Positions 27,573 to 34,362 of a stretch of 34,362 nucleotides of DNA are shown in pieces. The position numbers and the translations under genes are program-made. Source of the stretch: a virus (lineage: Duplodnaviria > Caudoviricetes). The stretch's first letter is position 1. The number at the start of each line of letters is the position of its first letter. The stretch spans positions 1 through 34,362 of the IMG/VR virus record IMGVR_UViG_3300025356_000005. One strand, written 5' to 3'. Below the pieces are notes generated by a model, which worked only from the letters and a program-made list of their open reading frames with translations, had not been told where the DNA came from and did no database searches.

Positions 27573-28142
27573 TTATATGTTTACCCAGCAGTTTGCCGGA
27601 AGGTTGCTTGATTTTTGAAGCTCATCGCGATCAAGGAAGATCGCAGTCCTATTATCGTGACGCATGAGAGAACATCCTCCCAGTACCGCGCTTGATTCCG
27701 TATCGCGTCCCTGCCGGACACTAGCGGAAAGCCTATCAGTAGCATTAATGCAAGAAGAACACCCTCCGCGCCAGTTGACATTATTAGGGCAGGATCGGCA
27801 GATCTTGGCACGTTGCTCTGCCAGATCATCCGTAACGTACTGGATGTGATCCCTGCTGTTTTGGATATTCTTCGCCCAAGTCTGGATATCGTTAAGCAGG
27901 TCGCCGGATGGGTTAATGCTGGTAATCGAAACCATGTCAACGCCGTGACAAAAGTTAGGCCAGTTAGAACAGATATAGCTATTAACATCTCCCTCGACAT
28001 CACCAATAGGGATATGGTTCTCGGCACGATATGCCTCAACAACTTCAATAAGGTTGTTGTAATTATGCCCAGTCAGTCTGGCATCGCCATCATAGTAATG
28101 CCACCCGCTAGGCGGAATTATGCCAATGATCGGCTTCGCCAT
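27573..28142 (-). CDS. Cys-rich hypothetical protein (CxxC motifs), N-terminal domain shared with 29478..31406
   Basis: RAKICRSCP, GCSSC, GGC, NCW; start moved to ATG 28142. Confidence 0.7.
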   Translation of the reverse strand: MAKPIIGIIPPSGWHYYDGDARLTGHNYNNLIEVVEAYRAENHIPIGDVEGDVNSYICSNWPNFCHGVDMVSITSINPSGDLLNDIQTWAKNIQNSRDHIQYVTDDLAEQRAKICRSCPNNVNWRGGCSSCINATDRLSASVRQGRDTESSAVLGGCSLMRHDNRTAIFLDRDELQKSSNLPANCWVNI

Positions 28143-28184
28143 TGAGTTGTCGTATATTATTTGAAAGCCCAACGCAAGTATTAG

Positions 28185-28673
28185 TTAAGGCTGAAACGTC
28201 CAGTTACATTTTGGGCAGGTGCATGATTTCTTGTCAGAAATTAGCTTTTCATCCTCGTTTACATCAATTTCATTAGGAGAACCTATCAATTCTGCCAATT
28301 CTTGATTAGTAAACCCGATTACAGAAACATCATATTTACATTCGTTTAGCTCATCAACTTCTACTGATAACATATCGAAATCCCACGTTGCAAGATTAGA
28401 CATATTGTTAACTGTAATTCTGAAAGCCTTTATCTGATGATCGGTCATGTCATCAGCCAACATTACTGGGACTGTTTTTAATCCTAGCTTTTTAGCCGCC
28501 TTAAATCTCAAATGACCATCAACAATTAAACCATCGCTTTTCGCTATGATTGGAACCCTAAATCCAAATTCTTTTATTGCTGCGGCTATCTTGTCAACAG
28601 CGTGATCGTTTTTTCGTGGGTTTCTTGCGTATTGAATAAATTTATCTAGAGGCCAGTTTTCTATTTTTTGCAT
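28185..28673 (-). CDS. ParB/Sulfiredoxin N-terminal domain protein with C-terminal Zn ribbon
   Basis: YARNPRKND.AV..I..FGFRVPI....IVDGHLR..AA..LG; ends CTCPKC. Confidence 0.85.
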   Translation of the reverse strand: MQKIENWPLDKFIQYARNPRKNDHAVDKIAAAIKEFGFRVPIIAKSDGLIVDGHLRFKAAKKLGLKTVPVMLADDMTDHQIKAFRITVNNMSNLATWDFDMLSVEVDELNECKYDVSVIGFTNQELAELIGSPNEIDVNEDEKLISDKKSCTCPKCNWTFQP

Positions 28674-28963
28674 ATAATTCTTTTAATACATATTTCGTAG
28701 TTTGCTGTCTTGTTCTCAAAACATTGTTCCAAAATAAGAAATTTATATCAACTGGAATAAACTCTGTATTCTGCCCCCGTGATAATTCTGGTAACAGGGG
28801 TAAAAAGGAATGTCGATTTGTCCCTCTGGTAGTAGATGACCCCGCCCCCTATCTCGCAGGAAGTCCCGATTGGGGACTTGTCAGGGGCGAGGAACCTTTG
28901 AAGAAACCCAAGTGCCGATCCTCCTTGTTTCTGCGACTCAAGGGGAGAAGGCGGTCGAGGGTA

Positions 28964-28989
28964 TAAAAGAAACCCCCAGAGGGGATTCC
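28964..28989 (-). terminator. Intrinsic terminator-like hairpin for a short leftward transcript
   Basis: GGAATCCCC-TCT-GGGGGTTTC-TTTTA on the minus strand, about 30-55 nt below the leftward promoter. Confidence 0.45.
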
Positions 28990-29024
28990 CAACTCCTTCC
29001 ACGCTTGGTGGATGAGATAATGAA

Positions 29025-29062
29025 AATATATTGTTGACACTTTGATGCGTCAATAGCATATT
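29025..29062. promoter_or_regulatory. Overlapping divergent sigma70-type promoters
   Basis: Plus: TTGACA (29034-39)-17-CATATT (29057-62). Minus: TTGACG (29053-48)-17-TATATT (29030-25). The two -35 boxes form a TTGAC...GTCAA inverted repeat. Confidence 0.65.
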
Positions 29063-29068
29063 CACCGC

Positions 29069-29300
29069 ATCTGAATGATTGCGCCATTCTGATCCCATAA
29101 TTTTCCCCAAAGAAACAAAGGGCCGTCGAGTGGCGCATCACTTGGCGGCCCTTGCCCGTTATAGCAAGTGAGGCTAGTCGTGAATGCGTACCACGAAAGC
29201 CAACAACAACGGCTTTGGAGAATCAAAACTCCTTACCCGATGAGAGAGAAGGGAAACACCCTGCATCCATTTCGGGGTGCAGTAGTTTCTTTTCTTTTCT
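29069..29300 (+). ncRNA. Putative structured non-coding RNA (~230 nt)
   Basis: Follows the plus-strand promoter. Hairpins at 29069-29093 and 29118-29153 have complementary loops, further hairpins follow, and it ends in a CTGCATCC/GGGTGCAG stem plus T-rich run. G-T pairs favour the plus strand. Confidence 0.55.
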
Positions 29301-29405
29301 GACAGGCTTTCCTACTTGAGTGGTGGGGGGATCAGGGGGGAATTTGCTTTACTCTTTTGTATTTCTTTACTGCTGGTGCGGCTGGTAAAGAATACATCCA
29401 TGTAC

Positions 29406-29475
29406 TTCAATTGAAATTATACCCAATAAGGTATATACAGGTGTATAATTAGGTATAAACACCCTATCGGGTGTA
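29406..29475. repeat. Cluster of short palindromes
   Basis: TTCAATTGAA (29406-15), TATACC-CAATAA-GGTATA (29418-35), TATAC-AGGT-GTATA (29434-47), ACACCC-TATC-GGGTGT (29459-74). Confidence 0.75.
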
Positions 29476-29477
29476 AA

Positions 29478-31406
29478 TCAGCAACCGCATCCAAACGGCG
29501 ATCTTCCAGCGTACTTGTATGGAAATCCATGACCTATTGCATCTGGCAATCCGGCAAGGTAAGTATCAACATCGTATATCCAGTTTCCAACATCGATTCC
29601 ATTATCCTGCCTATAGGCCGCAACAGCGCGATACAAGTCCTCAAGGTCAACGCCAGTTATCCTGACGTTTCCCTCACAGTAATTCCACCCGCTGACAGGT
29701 ATGTTCGTGCCATTAAGGTTCTGCGCCCACAAAAACGAGTCCACATCGGTCTGGACATATCCGGCAGGGATTAGCAGGGCATTGACACGAAACTCAGCTA
29801 CAGCGGCGTATAGATCCTCCCTAGTGCCAGCGCAGATGCGGTATGCGTTTCTTGACATTCCTTCAATGTATGGAGATGGCTGCATATAGAACCAAGGGCA
29901 GATCGGTTGATCGTCTGGAGGGTTGGTAGGTGGAACATAGGGAGGCGATGGCGGAGCCGGAGGAGGCACAGGAGGCTGACATCCGTATGCCGGACGCTTC
30001 TTGTTCTGGAATATATCCATGATCTCTTGATCGCTCAATGCACGCTGAAAAATTCCAACCTCATCGATTGACCCAGAGAATGCCGTCTCAAATGTGTCAG
30101 ACTTACCAATGGAAAGCGTCTTGCGACCAGAATCCGAAATTGCAGTAGATATGTCTTGTATGGCTCTCTGACCATCAACATAAAACCTTACTTTCCTATC
30201 CTCATAAGCATCACAAACACCGCATACAAAATGCCAGTCAGTTGGATTTGATATATTGGATATGGATAATCCAGCTCCATTTTCAACCCCTAATGCAAAT
30301 TCTCCTGATCCATAGACAAACAAGTAATTCCATCCAATGTTTGCTTCCCTAGTAAGAATGACTGATCCAACATCTGTTGACATCTTCATCCAGAAATAAA
30401 TCGTAAACTGCTTTAGGGTTGGAAAGTTGTTGAAAATCAGCCCTTGATATGGAGGGTTTGCTGGATTGGAAAAGACCGCTGCGTTGTTTATTATGCCTTC
30501 GCCTGATGCAATAGGCCCATTAAACTCGGTAAGATTAAAAACTCCAGTAATGTCATTCCTACTGCCGGATGTCTCGTCCATCGTGTAGTAGGCATAGATC
30601 CCATTCGTGCAGTCAGTATAAACAGCCACATTCTTACTAACAGATGGTTGAGTGTAATTCGTATCTGTTATTGTTGCCGTAACAACATAGTTTCCAATCT
30701 GGTGGATTGGTGTCGTGCTGCTGTTGTATCTCAATTGATACGATACTCCTGCCGGAATTGTTGTTACAATAGGAGTTACTTGCTTGTTGTTGAAGTAATA
30801 CCTGTCAGGGATGTCTATGCTGATAGATGCTTCTGCTTGTACTATAGAAGCATCACAAGAAGATTTAATCGTTGGGTAAAGATTAAGTGTGGCTACAACA
30901 TGATACTTACCAACATTAGTAGGAGGAGTTGTGCTACCATTGTATGTTACTAAATAATCTAAACCATCAGGATTAGTAGTTACTGAAATAGCAAGAGGGT
31001 TCCCTGTCCATGTCTGAATACTATTTGCAGTTACTAAAATTGACCACGATAATGGCGATGAATTAAGAGGAATATCTGATGTTAAAGTTGCAGTAATACC
31101 ACCATTATTTCCTCCATTGCTTGCTGCATAAACATTAAAAGTTTCACCAGTACCAAGTGATGTTGAATATGAAAAGTTATGCGACCCATTACGCCTTCCA
31201 ACTGGGTTGTCATACTCTGGTGGAACAAAAAATGGAAATTCATCTGCTTGGTATGCTGTAGATCCATCAAATGAAACATCATCATCTACAATCCCAGAAA
31301 TATTTATATTTGCACTTACTGCTGTGTAGTTTGTAAATGAACTAATCAAACTGAATGGGCCATATGCACCTGCATATGAAGCTGAAATTGGATAAGAGAA
31401 GGCCAT
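29478..31406 (-). CDS. Multidomain adhesin-like protein: 2 MBG-type domains, LamG, Pro-rich linker, duplicated C-terminal domain
   Basis: TYNGSTTPPTNVG.Y.V.AT MBG-type repeats; FSGSIDEVGIF.RALS..EI LamG end; PPVPPPAPPSPP linker. Confidence 0.75.
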   Translation of the reverse strand: MAFSYPISASYAGAYGPFSLISSFTNYTAVSANINISGIVDDDVSFDGSTAYQADEFPFFVPPEYDNPVGRRNGSHNFSYSTSLGTGETFNVYAASNGGNNGGITATLTSDIPLNSSPLSWSILVTANSIQTWTGNPLAISVTTNPDGLDYLVTYNGSTTPPTNVGKYHVVATLNLYPTIKSSCDASIVQAEASISIDIPDRYYFNNKQVTPIVTTIPAGVSYQLRYNSSTTPIHQIGNYVVTATITDTNYTQPSVSKNVAVYTDCTNGIYAYYTMDETSGSRNDITGVFNLTEFNGPIASGEGIINNAAVFSNPANPPYQGLIFNNFPTLKQFTIYFWMKMSTDVGSVILTREANIGWNYLFVYGSGEFALGVENGAGLSISNISNPTDWHFVCGVCDAYEDRKVRFYVDGQRAIQDISTAISDSGRKTLSIGKSDTFETAFSGSIDEVGIFQRALSDQEIMDIFQNKKRPAYGCQPPVPPPAPPSPPYVPPTNPPDDQPICPWFYMQPSPYIEGMSRNAYRICAGTREDLYAAVAEFRVNALLIPAGYVQTDVDSFLWAQNLNGTNIPVSGWNYCEGNVRITGVDLEDLYRAVAAYRQDNGIDVGNWIYDVDTYLAGLPDAIGHGFPYKYAGRSPFGCGC

Positions 31407-31450
31407 TTGCTAATACATAAACCTTATTAGCTATCAAATGTCAATTTGAT

Positions 31451-31526
31451 TGGCTACGGAGGTAGGGATCGAACCTACAACCAGCAGATCCAAATTCTGC
31501 TGCGCTACCAATTGCGCCACTCCGTA
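31451..31526 (-). tRNA. tRNA-Gln (anticodon UUG), CCA encoded
   Basis: TACGGAG TG GCGC AATTGGTA GCGC A GCAGA ATTTGGA TCTGC TGGTT GTAGG TTCGATC CCTAC CTCCGTA G CCA: 76-nt cloverleaf with U1-A72 and G73. Confidence 0.93.
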
Positions 31527-31584
31527 ATGTAAAGAACGATGGGCATCATCCTTTTCCCCACCTTTCGGTTGAATCTTCAGATGC

Positions 31585-33477
31585 CTAGCTTTCAGAAAAG
31601 TCCATAAACTCCATCTTGTCAACGAGGCTCTGGATCTCCCTACGATTATGCGTAGGTTCCGGCTTGACTTCATTCATCGTCGCAATAGCACCACCGCGCT
31701 GCCGCATCAGGTAGACTAGCATGGACAGGGAATCCAGCTCATCCGGCGACTTGCTCCTAGTACGCTTGCAGTACTCACCCTTGCTCTCCACACGCACCAT
31801 GCCCTTGCCCTTCTGCTTGTAGCGACGAGCGGTAGCCTGCCGTACCAGCTCCTCGTTCCTGAACGATGGCGAGATCTTCAGGTACTCAAACTCAAGATAC
31901 TTTGCCAGACCAAAGATCAGCTCGGTAACTACGCCATTATACAGCTCGTTGGCACGCTGTGAATCGTCACCAAGGATGTGCGTCTCACTTGCAGCCCATG
32001 AGTAGTTCACTCCCATGACCTCACGACCAAACAACGAACACAAGCTATCGTGGATACCCGCGCCGTTTCCTGTACGATCCACGCATAGCCAGTTGGCTCC
32101 AATCTTCATGACCTTGGCAAAGTTGATAATTGCCTGCGTTTGCTCCAGCGTTGCCTTCTTAGGGAATGGAATCTGGGAGTCGAGCTGTAGCACGACTCTG
32201 GGAGCCTTGAAGCTGATGAACTGACCGCTTTGCGGTGTCCACCCATCACACAGGCCAAAACGCCCGTAGGAACACATGACCTGATCGTTACCCTCCAGAG
32301 CCAAGTCAAACGCTGCCAGCGGCACTACAGGCCCGATAAAACGCACCGTCCCTATGGCGTTGTCCATCATCGCCGGAGTGATAATCCCCATCGCCTGCCC
32401 CTCCTCTGGGAACCACCCACGAGCCATCGTCATTGCCTCCGCTGTCCGGCCCCTACTCATGTACCCCATGAATCCCTGATACGTCTGCAATCCGGCGTAC
32501 ACGATACGTTTTTCAATCACGTTCTCGCATCTTGCCGCATCTAGCCGCAAAACGTGATAGCCTTCCCGCGACTCCCACTCAAAGTCATCCTCGCAGTCAA
32601 TCGATCCCCAGCCGTCAACAGGCTCACACCTCTGACCAAATGCGCTAGTCCTGTCCTTAGGGTTACTAGCTCCAAAGATCTTAATGTGTCCTGCATATTG
32701 CTTGCTATCGGAAGTAGACAAGATGTTGTTGATGCCCTCCCAGACTCCAGACGGGATCTCTTCGGCTTCGTCCAGTACGACATGGGTACGCGATAGCCTT
32801 CCCCACAAATGATGCTCCTGACCATATCGAGGTGTCGGGTGATAGCCTCGGAGTGTACCATGTCCAGATTCTCCCTTTGGTATAGCCACAAGCTGGATTC
32901 CGTTCTTGCTGTCGCTATTCACCTGAATGCTAGTCGCTTTGTCTGTCTGATCTGTCAGCGGACGCACCAGAGCCGTACGATGGAATGTCTTAATGTTGGC
33001 GAAGATATTCCTCTCAGCGTGTTCACGGGTGAGCGATATGACTTTGATGCTGGTGTACGCCGGATCTCTCCACCAATCCAAGTAGAACCATGCACCGCCA
33101 GAAAACGATTTGCCGCAGGCTCCAGCTCCCATAACCATTAGCTGGTCATGCTCAAATAAGCATCTCCATGTGTCTCTTCCAAACCTCGGCCTCCAGTCGT
33201 AGACCGCACTACCCCAGAGGACGGTGGCTCCGGCCTCAAACTGATTATTGTCTAGCAGGTGTTGGACATACTGCCGGACGATTGATTCAGCTATCGGTAC
33301 ATTCAGCTCAGAGATCTGGATCTGATTGTTGATCGTGATTGTCTTGAGAATGTACTCGGCAGCGTACAGGATGCCCTTCTCCTCATCGCGATCTGCCGCC
33401 TCTCGGATGTTTAAGGCGTGCTGATGGAAAATCTTCTGACTTAATGGTGGCGTGATTCGATAGCCGGATTCATTCAT
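31585..33477 (-). CDS. terL: Terminase large subunit
   Basis: Walker A GAGACGKS, Walker B VVLDEAE, ASNP coupling motif, RNase H-like nuclease AFDLA..G.D and SPD.LD. Confidence 0.92.
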   Translation of the reverse strand: MNESGYRITPPLSQKIFHQHALNIREAADRDEEKGILYAAEYILKTITINNQIQISELNVPIAESIVRQYVQHLLDNNQFEAGATVLWGSAVYDWRPRFGRDTWRCLFEHDQLMVMGAGACGKSFSGGAWFYLDWWRDPAYTSIKVISLTREHAERNIFANIKTFHRTALVRPLTDQTDKATSIQVNSDSKNGIQLVAIPKGESGHGTLRGYHPTPRYGQEHHLWGRLSRTHVVLDEAEEIPSGVWEGINNILSTSDSKQYAGHIKIFGASNPKDRTSAFGQRCEPVDGWGSIDCEDDFEWESREGYHVLRLDAARCENVIEKRIVYAGLQTYQGFMGYMSRGRTAEAMTMARGWFPEEGQAMGIITPAMMDNAIGTVRFIGPVVPLAAFDLALEGNDQVMCSYGRFGLCDGWTPQSGQFISFKAPRVVLQLDSQIPFPKKATLEQTQAIINFAKVMKIGANWLCVDRTGNGAGIHDSLCSLFGREVMGVNYSWAASETHILGDDSQRANELYNGVVTELIFGLAKYLEFEYLKISPSFRNEELVRQATARRYKQKGKGMVRVESKGEYCKRTRSKSPDELDSLSMLVYLMRQRGGAIATMNEVKPEPTHNRREIQSLVDKMEFMDFSES

Positions 33478-33517
33478 AGCTGGTAATCGTTAACTAATCT
33501 GATAATCAATTGCAACC

Positions 33518-33742
33518 ATGTATAACCAATACGATCAGCTCCAAAGTCATACCTACGTTGAGGCTACCAAGCTCGCAGCCGCCGGAGAGGAGTTCTCTCA
33601 CCTTATTAAGTTAATGACTCCAGACTATGCGATGCGATTAAAGATCTTTGTACAAAGCCTGCCGGAGTCAATTCAGTCGAAGACGATCTATGGTAGGGCG
33701 CACGCAAGGGCGCAGGCCAAGCCAGCGAAGTCTAAACGTTAA
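33518..33742 (+). CDS. Hypothetical protein, the only credible plus-strand gene
   Basis: 74 aa, fills the gap divergently from terL, ACCATG start, basic C-terminus. Confidence 0.6.
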   Translation: MYNQYDQLQSHTYVEATKLAAAGEEFSHLIKLMTPDYAMRLKIFVQSLPESIQSKTIYGRAHARAQAKPAKSKR

Positions 33743-33751
33743 GCCCTGAAG

Positions 33752-33890
33752 ATAGGCGCACCAGAGAACCTACCGCGAGGATACACAAAGTTACCAAGTT
33801 GATCGCGATAGACTCGCAGGCGATGAACTACGCTACTGAGCTTCGTGGTTCGGGATCAGGCTGCTCATTACCTGAAGATCGTGCGCCTAT
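33752..33890. other. Intergenic element closed by a 10-bp perfect inverted repeat
   Basis: ATAGGCGCAC (33752-61) and GTGCGCCTAT (33881-90) enclose ~120 nt with internal hairpins; no convincing ORF. Confidence 0.45.
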
Positions 33891-33912
33891 GAACAATGCG
33901 CTCCCATGGCAC

Positions 33913-34122
33913 TCACGACTTACCTCCCAAATTTATATCAAATGTTGAATTCTTCTCCATAGAAATCTGATCGCTCCTGAAGTGCCGGACACGACCATCA
34001 TGCAATGCTACTGCCCAGACATCATTGGCGAATGTCCCTGAGTTGGTAACATAGATAGCCATGCCGTCACCCATAGGTGTCTTCAATGGTATCGGTCGAT
34101 CAAACTGGAGCATATTACTCAT
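33913..34122 (-). CDS. Small hypothetical protein, paralogue of 852..1058
   Basis: TPMGDG...SGTFANDVW...RHFRSDQI. Confidence 0.75.
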   Translation of the reverse strand: MSNMLQFDRPIPLKTPMGDGMAIYVTNSGTFANDVWAVALHDGRVRHFRSDQISMEKNSTFDINLGGKS

Positions 34123-34127
34123 TCCTG

Positions 34128-34322
34128 TTACTTCATTTCATATTCCCTTAGTTTCTTGTAATCGCTAATAGCCTGTTCAGCTTGAAACCTTCCAATAAAA
34201 TAACCAATTGAGCAATTAACTTTCTCTAATACTCCATCTGAAAGAACTTCATACGATTCTACGGCACAATATTTACATGGTTTTGCTGCTTCAACTTATT
34301 GGATTAAATATTGGTAATTCAT
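34128..34322 (-). pseudogene. 64-codon ORF interrupted by an in-frame TAA at codon 9 (pseudogene or base-call error)
   Basis: TAATG-coupled start: MNYQYLIQ*VEAAKPCKYCAVESYEVLSDGVLEKVNCSIGYFIGRFQAEQAISDYKKLREYEMK*; internal stop at 34298-34296. Confidence 0.5.
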
Positions 34323-34362
34323 TAGTCTTGTTCATCGATGATTTCCTTCAAGCTGTACAAGG
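34322..34362 (-). CDS. 3' end of an upstream gene (partial)
   Basis: ...LYSLKEIIDEQD* with TAA overlapping the next ATG. Confidence 0.35.
   Translation of the reverse strand, partial: LYSLKEIIDEQD

Larger units (their letters stand above)
1..34362 (-). mobile_element. Tailed bacteriophage genome segment (packaging, head, lysis, tail and ejection modules; podovirus-like)
   Basis: Terminase, portal, scaffold, capsid, endolysin, tail fibre, adaptor/nozzle and ejection-like genes are co-oriented and tightly packed. No host housekeeping genes or integrase in the window. Confidence 0.95.

Noticed and set aside
28724-29141. Short ORFs in the non-coding island (28748..29110, 28724..28966, 28849..29040, 28938..29141)
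   Set aside because: Atypical composition, weak starts and mutual overlap; they run across the promoter and hairpin elements, which explain the region better.
31451-31526. tRNA as a prophage attachment site
   Set aside because: It is flanked on both sides by phage late genes, with no integrase or duplicated tRNA 3' end in the window.
31434-31673. 79-aa ORF downstream of terL
   Set aside because: It overlaps the terL end and the complete tRNA; a shadow ORF.
429-33141. Numerous other plus-strand and alternate-frame ORFs in the track
   Set aside because: They lie within longer, motif-bearing minus-strand genes and show no independent coding signal.
33745-33890. Hammerhead ribozyme suggested by two CTGAAGA (CUGANGA) cores
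   Set aside because: No correctly placed stem II followed by GAAA.
1-34362. Alternative genetic code (stop-codon reassignment)
   Set aside because: Core genes are intact under the standard code; TAA, TAG and TGA all end genes at tight junctions. Only one internal stop was seen.

Overview
This window is a fragment of a tailed dsDNA bacteriophage, most likely podovirus-like (no tape-measure or sheath gene; adaptor, nozzle and ejection-protein module present). Almost every gene is on the minus strand. Read right to left, the order is: small accessory genes, large terminase, tRNA-Gln(UUG), an MBG/LamG adhesin, a ~800-bp structure-rich non-coding island, a ParB-like protein, a Cys-rich protein, portal, scaffold, four different glycosyltransferases, major capsid protein, a LamG decoration/fibre protein, a lysis cassette (two holin candidates, a u-spanin-like lipoprotein, a GH108 endolysin), metallophosphoesterase, a free-standing HNH endonuclease, tail fibre with chaperone, a giant repeat-stuffed tail adaptor, nozzle, a GNAT-like protein, and Gln/Ala-rich ejection proteins interrupted by a PAPS-reductase-family gene. 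Genes generally lack Shine-Dalgarno sites (TAATT-ATG context). Together with MBG and W-x4-NW repeats this suggests a PVC (Verrucomicrobiota) or Bacteroidota-like host, which is an inference. Most interesting signals: (i) a four-glycosyltransferase cassette between scaffold and capsid genes (candidate virion glycosylation system); (ii) a promoter- and terminator-bounded ~230-nt RNA with two complementary hairpin loops, in the terminase-portal interval; (iii) shared terminal peptide motifs (N-terminal MGG[SA]..P, C-terminal AI[DE]xGL) that look like virion sorting tags; (iv) a ~55-aa domain shared by the adhesin and the pre-portal protein. All functional calls come from motif recognition and gene order by eye; no database searches were run.
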